A DNA stretch of 64,000 bases. Origin: Spirochaetia bacterium (GTDB taxonomy: Bacteria; Spirochaetota; Spirochaetia; WTKD01; G963693115). A program made the translations under genes and the position numbers. Positions 28,905 to 39,464 of this stretch are shown in pieces. The notes below the pieces were generated by a model. The model did not search any database. It was not told the DNA's origin and worked only from the letters and a program-made list of their open reading frames with translations. Positions within the stretch are counted from its first letter, which is position 1; each line of letters starts with the position of its first letter. Location: assembly GCA_965226055.1 (NCBI GenBank), contig CBDDCA010000006.1, positions 384,001 through 448,000 on the forward strand. The letters run 5' to 3'.

Positions 28905-30158
28905 ATGGATACAGTAAACAAATCAACATGTTCATATAAAAAATATGTAATATCTCCTCTCTACTGGTTATATGTAATAGTTATTTTTACCAGTTGTACA
29001 ACATATTCAAAGCCTCATATAAACACTATTGACAAAGAAACATCAGATACAGAAATATCCGTTCCTTTGCCTCCTACCAATAGAGAAATACTAGAGAAGA
29101 AATACCCACATATCATAAGCAACATTATAGAACAATACATTGCACTCTCAGATGAAGAAAAAGTAGCACAGCTACTTATTATTCAAGCACAAAACAAAGA
29201 GAATGGATCGTTATTACGGACTATACAAAATAAACAAGAATTTCAAACCCACTTTCCGTATTCTGCTGGAGGATACATTCTGTTTAAGGATAACATTGTC
29301 AGCATAGAACAACTACAAATGTTTATAAAACAGCTAAAAGCGTATTCAACTATAGCACCATTTATTTCTATTGATGTAGAAGGAGGAGCAGTAAATCGTT
29401 TTCGTCACCTTTCTCATCCATTGCTTTCTACGATACCTTCGGCAAGACAACTTGCTATGTCAAAGACTACACTTGAAACAAGAACGTATATGACACGTAT
29501 TGGACATGCTTTAAGAGAGTTAGGCATAAATATGAACTTTGCTCCTGTAGCAGATATTGAGTACCCTCGCACTCATCCTTTTCTTTTTTCTCGTATTTTT
29601 TCAGATGATCATCGTACTACAGCAAGCTATGTAGTTGCAGTAGCAACAGGACTACATGACGCGGGCATTATCTCAGTACTTAAGCATTTTCCAGGACACG
29701 GCTCTGCAGCAGAAGATAGCCATTTCACATTACCGCATGTTCCTGTTAGTACAGACACCCTTACACAAAAAGATTTACTTCCGTATATGTCACAGATACC
29801 ATTAGGACTTGACGCAATAATGATAGGGCATCTTTCAATACCAAGTTTAGATACACAGTTTGCTCCTGCATCACCTGCAGTAATACAAATAGCCAAAGAG
29901 TACTTACATTTTACTGGATTATTCATCACCGATTCACTGAGAATGAAAGCAGTACAAAATTGGGATCATCAGACAGATGCAAGCATTGAAGAATTACTCT
30001 TTCAGGCAGGTGTTGATATACTCCTAGATCCAACAGAGTATGTACAAACAGTACATACTCTTACACAACGATTTAAGAATGATAGTACATTTAGAAACAT
30101 GATTACAGCAAAAGTATTAAAAACGCTTCAAATAAAATATAAGTACAATATCCTATAA
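28905..30158 (+). CDS. nagZ: GH3 beta-N-acetylhexosaminidase (lipoprotein)
   Basis: 'IDVEGG.VNR', 'NFAPVAD', 'KHFPGHG...DSH', 'ITDSL.M'; lipobox 'FTSC'. Confidence 0.88.
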   Translation: MDTVNKSTCSYKKYVISPLYWLYVIVIFTSCTTYSKPHINTIDKETSDTEISVPLPPTNREILEKKYPHIISNIIEQYIALSDEEKVAQLLIIQAQNKENGSLLRTIQNKQEFQTHFPYSAGGYILFKDNIVSIEQLQMFIKQLKAYSTIAPFISIDVEGGAVNRFRHLSHPLLSTIPSARQLAMSKTTLETRTYMTRIGHALRELGINMNFAPVADIEYPRTHPFLFSRIFSDDHRTTASYVVAVATGLHDAGIISVLKHFPGHGSAAEDSHFTLPHVPVSTDTLTQKDLLPYMSQIPLGLDAIMIGHLSIPSLDTQFAPASPAVIQIAKEYLHFTGLFITDSLRMKAVQNWDHQTDASIEELLFQAGVDILLDPTEYVQTVHTLTQRFKNDSTFRNMITAKVLKTLQIKYKYNIL

Positions 30159-30171
30159 TGTATTATTGTTA

Positions 30172-32091
30172 CTACATCTTTGAAAATGTACATTGTACAG
30201 AATAATCTAACTCTTCTGACAATTTCATTGACAAAGGAACTGAGAATAAAAGACTCGTATATTGATAAGAAACAGTTTCCGGTAACCGCTGACTCATTTC
30301 ATGAACAGGAGCAATACTAATATCTGTTTTTTTTGAAAAGTAAAAATGCAATTCTTCTTTTTTATATGTATGCTGTATTACTAGCTCCTCTGTAGTGAAA
30401 TGGGAAAATGCTCCTGCTACATATGTTTTTCCATTTGCTATAATAGTACAAAACGCTTTGTCATCCGAAAAAAAAGAAAGGTTCACCTCAATAATATGTT
30501 GTACAGAACAAGGGATGCTAAGGTTATTGTTATAATCATAGTGCAATGTTACGGTATTTCCTCGTACCTGATACTGCTTTTTTATTCCTATATCCATATG
30601 CGTACTATCATTCTCTTCAAGTATTGATGTATGCGGCTGACTCACCTTTTTTTTCGACTCATAAGAAACAGAAGCATGTGATTCAGAAGCGGATAAAAAA
30701 CCATACTGTACAGGTACATGTGTATATTCATTATTAAGCACTTTTTTATGCCATGTATCAATAGATACAGTATCCTCACATAAAAAATCCTTAAAGCTCC
30801 ATGGTGCGTACTGAGGCTTTTGATACGGCACAAAACAAGAAGAATAATTCCATCGTTTGAGATTTGATGTTCGCTCTAAAAGACACACCGAAGCCCATAA
30901 AGGTTCTATGAGTACATTAAACGATGCAGTGTTAATAAACTGTTCATCAACACTATCCAGATTCATATCCACATTGCTTACTTTTGTCACTTTGTTTTTT
31001 ATTGTTTGCTTTATAATTTTTTCAATGGCATTAAGTGCTTTATATGCATTTTGGCGTATTGTTTTATGATGGATTCCCCATTGCGTAGTTGCTTTCCAGA
31101 GCGAAAAATGATTTTGTTCTATCCAAAGGCTGAGATTCATAGACGCATAATCTATATTCTTATGTTTTTTACATGCCTCAATTAAACGCATCACATATTG
31201 AAGACGTCCATACAGCAACCTACTTTCAGGCCGCGAATTTACAAACTTGCTAAAAGTAGCAATTTCTCCATCTCCCCATGGAGCGATTCGTATTCTACAC
31301 ACATCTTTAGAAACTACATTACTCTTTTTAATAAAGTATCGAGGTAACGCAGAGTGTTTTGTCAGATTATTTTCTTCCATTTTTTGCTGAAATAGCTCTA
31401 GCTCATCGAAAAAACTTGGAGAATCATATAAAATACTACTATCACAAAGAAAAATAGATATTTTTGCATTTGATTGATTATTGCGTCCTTGAGAATAAAA
31501 GTACATATTATCATGTAATACCACCGTATTTTTATACGAATGAAAATACGGTAAAGCAATAAGTGTTTTTCCTAGCTGTTCAAGAAGCCCTATATTTTCT
31601 AATACTGGTTCAGGTTCAACATATGTTCTATTCACCATAAGAAAGCGAATACCACTTTGTCTCAACGTATGTATAATGGAACTATCAAAAGTGCCGGGAT
31701 GTATCCACACCCCATTCACATGTGTCCCATAAGTCTTGGTAATAAAATGATGTAATTTTTCTAACTGGCCTCTTTGATCCTTTTTTGCTTGAATAAGTGG
31801 AGCAGCATCATAATACATACCTCCTAATAACTCAACTTGATCCCTATGTATCAATTCAAGCAATACATCTTTATACTCTTTTCCTTTGCTTTCAAAATAC
31901 TCTAACACTCGTCCTGATATATATATATAAAATTTTATTGACGGATGTGTGTATACTACTTTCAAATAAGGAGATACCCATTGCAAACAATACCGCTCTA
32001 TTTCTTTCTCTCCAATATTAACAGGAACAGAAAATATTGCACCTTGTAATATCAGATCTTGCACTATGTACTGAGACAAACTTATCTCCAA
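30172..32091 (-). CDS. GH57 alpha-amylase/4-alpha-glucanotransferase-like protein, probably degenerate
   Basis: 'QVELLGGMYYD', 'DQRGQL', 'RPESRLLY.R', 'DMNLD..DE' resemble GH57 plus its C-terminal domain. Confidence 0.65.
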   Translation of the reverse strand: MEISLSQYIVQDLILQGAIFSVPVNIGEKEIERYCLQWVSPYLKVVYTHPSIKFYIYISGRVLEYFESKGKEYKDVLLELIHRDQVELLGGMYYDAAPLIQAKKDQRGQLEKLHHFITKTYGTHVNGVWIHPGTFDSSIIHTLRQSGIRFLMVNRTYVEPEPVLENIGLLEQLGKTLIALPYFHSYKNTVVLHDNMYFYSQGRNNQSNAKISIFLCDSSILYDSPSFFDELELFQQKMEENNLTKHSALPRYFIKKSNVVSKDVCRIRIAPWGDGEIATFSKFVNSRPESRLLYGRLQYVMRLIEACKKHKNIDYASMNLSLWIEQNHFSLWKATTQWGIHHKTIRQNAYKALNAIEKIIKQTIKNKVTKVSNVDMNLDSVDEQFINTASFNVLIEPLWASVCLLERTSNLKRWNYSSCFVPYQKPQYAPWSFKDFLCEDTVSIDTWHKKVLNNEYTHVPVQYGFLSASESHASVSYESKKKVSQPHTSILEENDSTHMDIGIKKQYQVRGNTVTLHYDYNNNLSIPCSVQHIIEVNLSFFSDDKAFCTIIANGKTYVAGAFSHFTTEELVIQHTYKKEELHFYFSKKTDISIAPVHEMSQRLPETVSYQYTSLLFSVPLSMKLSEELDYSVQCTFSKM

Positions 32092-33218
32092 TATTTCTTT
32101 TGTTTTCTAAATTTTTTATACTGCTTTTCACTAAGAACAAAAAAATGCGTTGTATTTTTAGCCACAGGCATTGAAAAATTAGATATTTTATTATTGTCAT
32201 GTAAACCATCATAAAAAAAATACTTTGCATCCGAAGTTATATCATCTAAATGTAAAAAAATATCAAATATCAATGTACCTAAATATACCTTAAGAAAATA
32301 TGAAATATCATAGGCAGTAATAACTTGAATATATTTCTCTATGTATGGTTTTCTCTTAAAAAGAGCATCATATACCATAAGAAGTATAGAAGGCTTTAAC
32401 ATAAGTATTTTCTTAGTAGCAGTATTTGCATTTACATTAAATTTTGCATGAAAAGCCTCTAAAAATTTTACATAACTATTCTGTTGATCATCAGCATCAA
32501 ATTTAGAATAAAAATAAGTGCCTTTTACTTTTGCTCCAGAATAACTTTGGTAATATTGTTTATATAAATTTGCAATAGTGTAGCGACTAGACCAGTACTG
32601 ACTGTTACAAATAATATCTATATTATTATTTTCCTCATTTAATCTACTCATTTCTATAAGGAGGAGTACCACTCGCATAATTTCTTTGCTGTGCAATCGC
32701 AATATATTTTCTTCAATAATACTATACGGCTCAAGCTCCACAGCATTTATTACTATTTGATCAATACCAGTACTCAGCTTAGAATGTAATAAAGCACTAA
32801 TATTTGATATTCCGTACATATCATTATCTCTAATACCAGCATCATGGATAGCATCAATAATTTTATTAAAATGCTTCTTAGTTACCGATACCTGATAAAT
32901 ATCGTTATAGGTTTTATGCTTTCCACCAAACGTAACTTCAACTACTGTTTCCTGATTAGTTTCAGGGCTATCATCATGATGATACATATCCATAGTATGC
33001 ACACGAGATACATGTCCTCCTACTGCACTATGCAACAGTATTGAATTGCTACTACTTCTTTTAGAAAGAGCATCTCCTGTTTTAATTTTTTGTCCTTCCT
33101 GTACTGCTAACATTTCTTCCTCTTGTATCCCTTGTCGTAACGGATAAAAGTACACAGGAGAGCATTCATAAAATTTTAAGTATTTAACATTAGAGATATT
33201 AAATTGATGCCGTTTCAT
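32082..33218 (-). CDS. RnfC-like protein lacking Fe-S clusters
   Basis: 'V.EGQKIKTG', 'LHSAVGGHV', 'INAVELEPY', 'VYLGTLI'; no C-terminal ferredoxin Cys motifs. Confidence 0.6.
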   Translation of the reverse strand: MKRHQFNISNVKYLKFYECSPVYFYPLRQGIQEEEMLAVQEGQKIKTGDALSKRSSSNSILLHSAVGGHVSRVHTMDMYHHDDSPETNQETVVEVTFGGKHKTYNDIYQVSVTKKHFNKIIDAIHDAGIRDNDMYGISNISALLHSKLSTGIDQIVINAVELEPYSIIEENILRLHSKEIMRVVLLLIEMSRLNEENNNIDIICNSQYWSSRYTIANLYKQYYQSYSGAKVKGTYFYSKFDADDQQNSYVKFLEAFHAKFNVNANTATKKILMLKPSILLMVYDALFKRKPYIEKYIQVITAYDISYFLKVYLGTLIFDIFLHLDDITSDAKYFFYDGLHDNNKISNFSMPVAKNTTHFFVLSEKQYKKFRKQKKYWR

Positions 33219-33243
33219 ATAGTATTCCTTTATATATCATTTC

Positions 33244-33765
33244 TTAATAAAGGATTGAAAATAACCAAGCTATTATCATCCCTAAAATAACTCCCACAAA
33301 CGCTTCAGATGGAGTATGACCATATATTACTTTTATATGAGGTAACATATTATCTGGTGTATCTGTCTGTAAACATTGTTGATTATGTTTACTCACTATA
33401 GAGTTCATCGCGTCTCCAATAATACCAACCTGCCTACGAACCCCAATAGCATCAGAAACCAGCACACTTGTAAAAAAGAGAGCTACAAGAAAAGAGCTTG
33501 ATGTAACACCCTCAGATAAAACAAACGATATACACAAAGCACTAGCACTGGCACAATGACTAGACGGCATTCCTCCATTTCTTATAATATAAGAAGCAAA
33601 AGTATTACTATTTACTTTAGCATCAAACATATGTTTTTTTTCTCGATTTGAAAATTTATACAGTATCACGCTAATGACATATTTTAATATCTGTGCAATG
33701 ACATACGCAAAAAAAGCCGTTTGAAAATGTATATTAGTAAATAGAACAAGTAAGCCTTCTATCAT
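33244..33765 (-). CDS. Divergent PAP2 family (DUF212) protein
   Basis: 'GGMPSSH', 'DAIGVRRQVG', 'GHTPSE'. Confidence 0.9.
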   Translation of the reverse strand: MIEGLLVLFTNIHFQTAFFAYVIAQILKYVISVILYKFSNREKKHMFDAKVNSNTFASYIIRNGGMPSSHCASASALCISFVLSEGVTSSSFLVALFFTSVLVSDAIGVRRQVGIIGDAMNSIVSKHNQQCLQTDTPDNMLPHIKVIYGHTPSEAFVGVILGMIIAWLFSILY

Positions 33766-33806
33766 ATTATTTATTATACTGTATTTAATGCTATACTTTC
33801 TACAAT

Positions 33807-35165
33807 ATGCAATTTACATCTCTATATATACACAGCGATAATAATCATAAGAGAGTTGACGCTCTTTGCAAGGCGATGACATCACTTTCATATACTACAA
33901 TTATGACTTGCATACGAAAAAAACGTATTCGCATCAATGGAAAAGCATGCAAAATTGGTGACATAGTATATACAGGAGATACTATAGATTTTACCAATTC
34001 CTTATGTAAATTTTTACATACAAGCATTATACCACAAACTATACAACAAAAAACAAGCCATGATACATACAGAATATCCTCTCATCGTACAACGAAAGCT
34101 CTCCATATCAATGATATAAAAAAATACATACACAATACAATACTGTATCATAACAGAGATTTTATTTGCCTCAACAAAATGAAAGAAGATGCAGTCTTTG
34201 GAAAAAACAGCATAACACAACAATTACAAACACTGTACAGGCAAACATTCAAGCAAACACCTTCTTCATTATTTGGGTTTACAGCAGCTCCATGCCACAG
34301 ATTAGACAGAAACACAAGCGGTATACTGGTATGTGCATGGAGTATCAATGCAGCCCGAGAAATGCAGCTACTACAAAGTAACAAATACATCTCAAAACTT
34401 TACTTTGGTATTGTTAGCGTACCACATACAATGCATGAAACAATAAGAGATACTCAACTACATGCAAATCACATCAATAGTGTTATCCACCAACATGCCC
34501 TGTACCGATACAACAATACTACCACAGCAGTACCATGTTCCTATCAACATACATACGCTCAAAATCCTCATTATACATATCTCGGCACAGCGTCATTAAA
34601 AATATCATTCCTCTTTTCATTGCTTGCTCCTTCTCAAAAAAACAACACACAAAACATATGGTGTGTAGCAATACAACCACTTGGAACAGGAGGAAAAACG
34701 CATCAAATTCGGGCACAATGCAAACAAATACATATTCCACTATGGGGAGATACAAAGTACACTTACACTCGCAACAAAAAAATATCAGCAACACAACAAA
34801 GAAAGCAAGCACCACAACACTATTTTTTACATGCTGCTGTACTTCTTAACAAGTACGCCTTAATGAAAAATACTAATACCAATGACATACCAGCACAGCT
34901 GCAATCAAAAAAAATCTCTCATTTTTCTCTCCCTCGTATGTTACATGCACCATTCCCTTCATCATGGAACGAACTATTTCATTCTAAACAAAATACATCC
35001 AACTTTTTAGATATAGAAACAACAATAAAAAAGATGAAGGAAACTTATCGATCTCTTACAATAAACTCTGTAGTATCTTCTAACAATGCTTTGTCTGACA
35101 CAGAAGATGACAAAATAGATCTTATCGACTGCTTTAACTCTATATTTGGAAGAGTAAGAGGATAA
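33807..35165 (+). CDS. RluA-family pseudouridine synthase with S4 domain
   Basis: N-terminal S4; 'HRLDRNTSG', 'GKTHQIR', 'PLWGDTKY', 'FLHA'. Confidence 0.88.
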   Translation: MQFTSLYIHSDNNHKRVDALCKAMTSLSYTTIMTCIRKKRIRINGKACKIGDIVYTGDTIDFTNSLCKFLHTSIIPQTIQQKTSHDTYRISSHRTTKALHINDIKKYIHNTILYHNRDFICLNKMKEDAVFGKNSITQQLQTLYRQTFKQTPSSLFGFTAAPCHRLDRNTSGILVCAWSINAAREMQLLQSNKYISKLYFGIVSVPHTMHETIRDTQLHANHINSVIHQHALYRYNNTTTAVPCSYQHTYAQNPHYTYLGTASLKISFLFSLLAPSQKNNTQNIWCVAIQPLGTGGKTHQIRAQCKQIHIPLWGDTKYTYTRNKKISATQQRKQAPQHYFLHAAVLLNKYALMKNTNTNDIPAQLQSKKISHFSLPRMLHAPFPSSWNELFHSKQNTSNFLDIETTIKKMKETYRSLTINSVVSSNNALSDTEDDKIDLIDCFNSIFGRVRG

Positions 35166-36121
35166 AGCCATTCTTTTACCTCTTGTAAATACTGATTGAT
35201 TGTCTTTTTATTTTTTGCTTGCATTTTTTTCTCTACAATAAAATGCTGAAGCAAGGCCTGTATCCCTAATTTCTTCACTTTATATTGTGAAGATTTTTTA
35301 CTCAGTTTTGCCTGAATGCGTATAAAGTTCTGTTGGTATATCTTTAATCTTTTTTTATCTTCAAGAAACCACTGATACAAATTTGGAATCATATACTTTA
35401 AGAGCTTATATGAAAAACATTTAATCATGACATCAGCACTCTTTGGTAACATAACAATCTTCAAAAACTCTTCTGTTTTTCTACTGGACGATACTAGTGC
35501 AATTTTTTTTCTGGACAAAAAAATCATACAGGCGTCTAAAAACGGAAGAGAAAATCCAGTATTAACAGAAAATTTAATAGCTCTCAGCATACGAATAGGA
35601 TCTTCTGAATAGTTTTTATAGACAGAAATTATTTTTTTTTGTTTTATATGTTTTATTCCGTCTAAAAAATCAATGATAATGTTTCGTATAGGACAATAAT
35701 ATAAGCTATTACAGGTAAAATCACGACGCAATACATCTTGACTAATAGAGCCGTACTCATTACTATCATTTGGATTGGCACTACGAAATGTACTGATTTC
35801 TATGTAATGATTTTTTACAATGGGAACTAACACAATGGTAAAACGTTTTCCAATAACCTTCGCTCTTCTGAATAATTTACAAATTTGATTAGGACGTGCA
35901 TTTGTAACTAAATCGAAATCTTTAGGTGTCTTTCCAATAAGAAAATCTCGCACTGCCCCACCAACAATATACGCATCGTATCCAGCTTTTTGTAATGTTT
36001 TTAGAATGAAAATAACTCTGCTATCTACATCTTTTCGCGGTATAGAGTACTCTTCTTGCTCATAAATTTTAGCAACTTTCTGTAGTGTCCCACTACGTTT
36101 TCGACTATATAGATATTTCAA
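35045..36121 (-). CDS. pcnB: Poly(A) polymerase / tRNA nucleotidyltransferase family
   Basis: 'VGGAVRD..GKTPKDFD', 'IGKRF', 'RRDFT.N', 'EDPIRMLRA'. Confidence 0.88.
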   Translation of the reverse strand: MKYLYSRKRSGTLQKVAKIYEQEEYSIPRKDVDSRVIFILKTLQKAGYDAYIVGGAVRDFLIGKTPKDFDLVTNARPNQICKLFRRAKVIGKRFTIVLVPIVKNHYIEISTFRSANPNDSNEYGSISQDVLRRDFTCNSLYYCPIRNIIIDFLDGIKHIKQKKIISVYKNYSEDPIRMLRAIKFSVNTGFSLPFLDACMIFLSRKKIALVSSSRKTEEFLKIVMLPKSADVMIKCFSYKLLKYMIPNLYQWFLEDKKRLKIYQQNFIRIQAKLSKKSSQYKVKKLGIQALLQHFIVEKKMQAKNKKTINQYLQEVKEWLYPLTLPNIELKQSIRSILSSSVSDKALLEDTTEFIVRDR

Positions 36122-36130
36122 AAGCCAGTA

Positions 36131-37123
36131 TTAAAACACCAATCTTGTACCAACGAACCCACCAAAAACACCATGAAAAGGTTCATACGATATACCACTA
36201 TCTAAAAACAAGAAAAATATTTTAAGAGAAAATCCTCCGTATAGTCTCAGTCCTCCTCTGAATACATCTTGTTTAAATGTTATTTTTGAACCAGAGAAAA
36301 AATCTGTCTGTAACCCAAACTGATCTATATAATCCGTAAGAAAATAATCTTTCCCGTTCGTTTTTACTACTATATCCCCACTTGAGCTTACCCGTAAGTT
36401 AGTAAGACCAAAATAGGGTTCTATTCCTCCTGTAAGTTCAATAATTCCTAAAAATAATTGACTGTACTGTCCCTTAAAACCAAATGTATGAGAATTAAGA
36501 TCAGCTTTTACTTTGTAATCACCTACTATAGATACAAAATCCCCTATAGTATTCTGTACTTTAAAACTGGGAATAGGAAACCCAACACCAAATGACTGAT
36601 AAAAATAGGTAAAACTTGTAATCAATCCTCTATTTTTGTGATTCTCAAAAAAATTCCAACGCATATCAAAGCCTAGAGATAAAAAATCATCATATACCAC
36701 CGATGATGTATTAGATGACTGAAAATTCATATTAAATCCGTACAAACCAATATCAAAAGGCCAATCTACCAGAGGAACAGGAGCACGAATATGAAACAAA
36801 TAATTCAGGAACAAGCCTGGAGTAGTATCTGCAGTCAATGATGAAAAATTCTCTGTAAAGTCAGAAAATTTATAAAGATACTGTGGTTTATTGAGAGAAA
36901 TTGTGGTATTAAATCCAATGCCAACAAATTTCGGTTTATATGCAGTATTCCATGTCGATGCAGTCAAGGTATTGGCAAAAACAGTATCTGATAATGCATC
37001 ACTAATAGTCCTAATACTTTTTTTAACATTATCTACATCAATATTTTCTACTTGCGCACTTAACGAAACTATTGAATAAGAAAAAAGATATAGGATACTT
37101 ATCAATAATAGTAACTTTTTCAC
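36131..37123 (-). CDS. Putative outer-membrane beta-barrel protein
   Basis: Signal peptide, aromatic/Gly-rich amphipathic strands, C-terminal 'GTRLVF'; GTG start with AAAGGAG RBS. Confidence 0.55.
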   Translation of the reverse strand: MKKLLLLISILYLFSYSIVSLSAQVENIDVDNVKKSIRTISDALSDTVFANTLTASTWNTAYKPKFVGIGFNTTISLNKPQYLYKFSDFTENFSSLTADTTPGLFLNYLFHIRAPVPLVDWPFDIGLYGFNMNFQSSNTSSVVYDDFLSLGFDMRWNFFENHKNRGLITSFTYFYQSFGVGFPIPSFKVQNTIGDFVSIVGDYKVKADLNSHTFGFKGQYSQLFLGIIELTGGIEPYFGLTNLRVSSSGDIVVKTNGKDYFLTDYIDQFGLQTDFFSGSKITFKQDVFRGGLRLYGGFSLKIFFLFLDSGISYEPFHGVFGGFVGTRLVF

Positions 37124-37245
37124 ATTAAAACTCCTTTACATCTCCTCGTATACATAGTAGGAAAATAATAATATTTATTCAAGGTCCATTTTCCTTGTAT
37201 ATAAATTATAGCATAGAGTAACATATCACAAATAGTCTATTATAG

Positions 37246-37282
37246 TAGTATGAGCTATCACTCGTTATGATAGCTCATACTA
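37246..37282. terminator. 15-bp perfect stem-loop downstream of the DUF285 gene
   Basis: tagtatgagctatca / ctcgtta / tgatagctcatacta. Confidence 0.7.
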
Positions 37283-37295
37283 TACTATTATCTCC

Positions 37296-39464
37296 TTAAC
37301 GAGATGTAGGACCTGTGTAGCTTCCTCCTGCCCAATCTGGCTTTTTACCATTTCTCTCCAAAGCAGTACCCTTAAATGCATCTTTATAATAAACCGATGG
37401 CATAGACAAATGATCTTTCCATTCGTATATATCCTGATTAAACGCTGTTGCTCCGTTCAATATATCCCTTATAGTAAAAACTCTACTTAAGTTCCAGTTT
37501 GATATATCGCTATTAAATGCTGTACTCCCTTTAAACATCTCACGCATGTTTGCAACATTACTCACATCCCACCCCGATATATCACTATTAAATGCCGTAT
37601 TATCATTAAACATACCAGTCATGGCAGTTACCTTGCTTACATCCCACTTTGATATATCTCCATTAAAACGTGAATTAGAAAACATATCTTCCATATTCTT
37701 CACATTCCCTACTTTCCAATCTGCTATGCCCCCATGCTCTCCTGTAAAGGCAGAACTGGCAAACATATATCGCATAGTTGTAACATTGCTTACATCCCAT
37801 TTTGATATATTTCCATTAAATTTACTACTACTCCAAAACATACCTTCCATATCAGTAACATTACTTACATTCCACCCTGATATATCGCTATTAAATTCTT
37901 TAGTATCAAAAAACATATTATTCATAGTAGATACTATACTTACATCCCACTTTGATATATCTCCATTAAACTGCGATCCGCCAAACATGGCCTCCATATT
38001 TTGCACTTTACTTACCTTCCAATTTGATATATCCCCATTAAATGCTTTAGCTTCATAAAACATAGCTTCCATATCTACAACATTACTTACATCCCACTTT
38101 GATATATCTCCATTAAACTGCGATCTAAAAAACATCCTACTCATATTCAAAACACTACTCACATCCCAGCCCGATATATCCCCATTAAACTTACTCAGCA
38201 CCCCATTACGAAACAAGCCACTCATATCATTAATATTACTTACATCAATATCATTCAACGATACTGTCGCTTTATCTATGACCCCATCTCCATCAGTATC
38301 CACTATTTGCTTAAGAAGTGCTACTAACTCCTCTTTTGTCCTAAGAACATCCTGAATGAGTACAAAGAATGTTCCTGTCACATTGGTATTCTCAGGTTTC
38401 TTAAACGCTCCTGTCCCAGTAAAAGTAACTGTAAATTTTATCGGCCTCTTTGATGCAGTAGTAATTGCTCCTGCGCTTGCCGTTATTGTTCCTGTCGCTG
38501 TATCAAACACCATGCCTGTAGGAAGACTATTTGGCGTGAGTGCAAAGGTCCCTGTCGCTGCTACTGGGTAGCGGGAAATAGAAAAACTGACCGCTTGTCC
38601 TACTACTGCAAAAAATGTTTCTTTTTGCCCTAATGTTACCTTTAATGTCAACCAATGAGGCTCCTGTGATACCCCAGAGTCCTTAAACACATTTTTACTG
38701 TTTGTCGCTACTGATGGTGGTATTTTCCATAGCTTCGTATCTTGATTAAAGCCCCTTGCTCCTTCAAACATACTGTTTATCTGTGTTACGCTACTCATAT
38801 CCCATTTTGATATATCTGCATTAAACAACACTGCTCCCTGAAACATGCTACTCATATTCATAACGGCACTCACATCCCATTGTGCCACATTGCCATTAAA
38901 GGCAGTTGCCTGCTTGAACATACTACTCATATCTGTAACCTTACTCACTTTCCACTTTGATATATCTCCCTTAAAACTTGTTGCTCCTTCAAACATACTG
39001 CTCATATCCGTGACGACACTCACATCCCATTGTGCCACATGCCCGTTAAAGGCAGTTGCTTGCTTGAACATACTGCTCATATCTGTAACCTTACTCACTT
39101 TCCAATCCGATATATCCCCATTAAAGCTTGTTGCTCCTTCAAACATACTGCTCATATTCACAACATTACTCACATTCCACTTTGATATATCGCCATTAAA
39201 TGTAGGATATTTGACAAACAAACTACTCATATCACTAATCTTACTTGTATCAATGCTATTTAAGTTTGCTCTACTATCTTTTCCTACCCGTTCAGAGATA
39301 AGCGTAAGTAACTGTGCCTTTGTTTCAGGCTGTGTACCTCCGCCAGGATCAGTGCCTCCCCCCGATGAGCTACCAGATGAACTACTACTTGGCTCTTCAC
39401 AGCTAGTAACTATTACTGTCATTACAAACAGTATCATTATAGAGAACAATACATATTTTTTCAT
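37296..39464 (-). CDS. BspA/DUF285 (PARCEL)-repeat surface lipoprotein with central Ig-like domain
   Basis: Lipobox VTSC, Ser/Gly tether, two blocks of ~25-aa 'FNGDISKWDVSNV.DM..MF' repeats around 'LPTGMVFDTATGTIT'; AAAGGAGGAG RBS. Confidence 0.9.
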   Translation of the reverse strand: MKKYVLFSIMILFVMTVIVTSCEEPSSSSSGSSSGGGTDPGGGTQPETKAQLLTLISERVGKDSRANLNSIDTSKISDMSSLFVKYPTFNGDISKWNVSNVVNMSSMFEGATSFNGDISDWKVSKVTDMSSMFKQATAFNGHVAQWDVSVVTDMSSMFEGATSFKGDISKWKVSKVTDMSSMFKQATAFNGNVAQWDVSAVMNMSSMFQGAVLFNADISKWDMSSVTQINSMFEGARGFNQDTKLWKIPPSVATNSKNVFKDSGVSQEPHWLTLKVTLGQKETFFAVVGQAVSFSISRYPVAATGTFALTPNSLPTGMVFDTATGTITASAGAITTASKRPIKFTVTFTGTGAFKKPENTNVTGTFFVLIQDVLRTKEELVALLKQIVDTDGDGVIDKATVSLNDIDVSNINDMSGLFRNGVLSKFNGDISGWDVSSVLNMSRMFFRSQFNGDISKWDVSNVVDMEAMFYEAKAFNGDISNWKVSKVQNMEAMFGGSQFNGDISKWDVSIVSTMNNMFFDTKEFNSDISGWNVSNVTDMEGMFWSSSKFNGNISKWDVSNVTTMRYMFASSAFTGEHGGIADWKVGNVKNMEDMFSNSRFNGDISKWDVSKVTAMTGMFNDNTAFNSDISGWDVSNVANMREMFKGSTAFNSDISNWNLSRVFTIRDILNGATAFNQDIYEWKDHLSMPSVYYKDAFKGTALERNGKKPDWAGGSYTGPTSR
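38841..39160. repeat. 150-bp internal duplication (two-repeat block) in the DUF285 gene
   Basis: Near-identical units start at 38841, 38991 and 39141. Confidence 0.85.

Noticed and set aside
35632-35640. A/T homopolymers of 8-9 nt (pcnB and elsewhere) as phase-variation sites
   Set aside because: In frame, and expected by chance at this AT content
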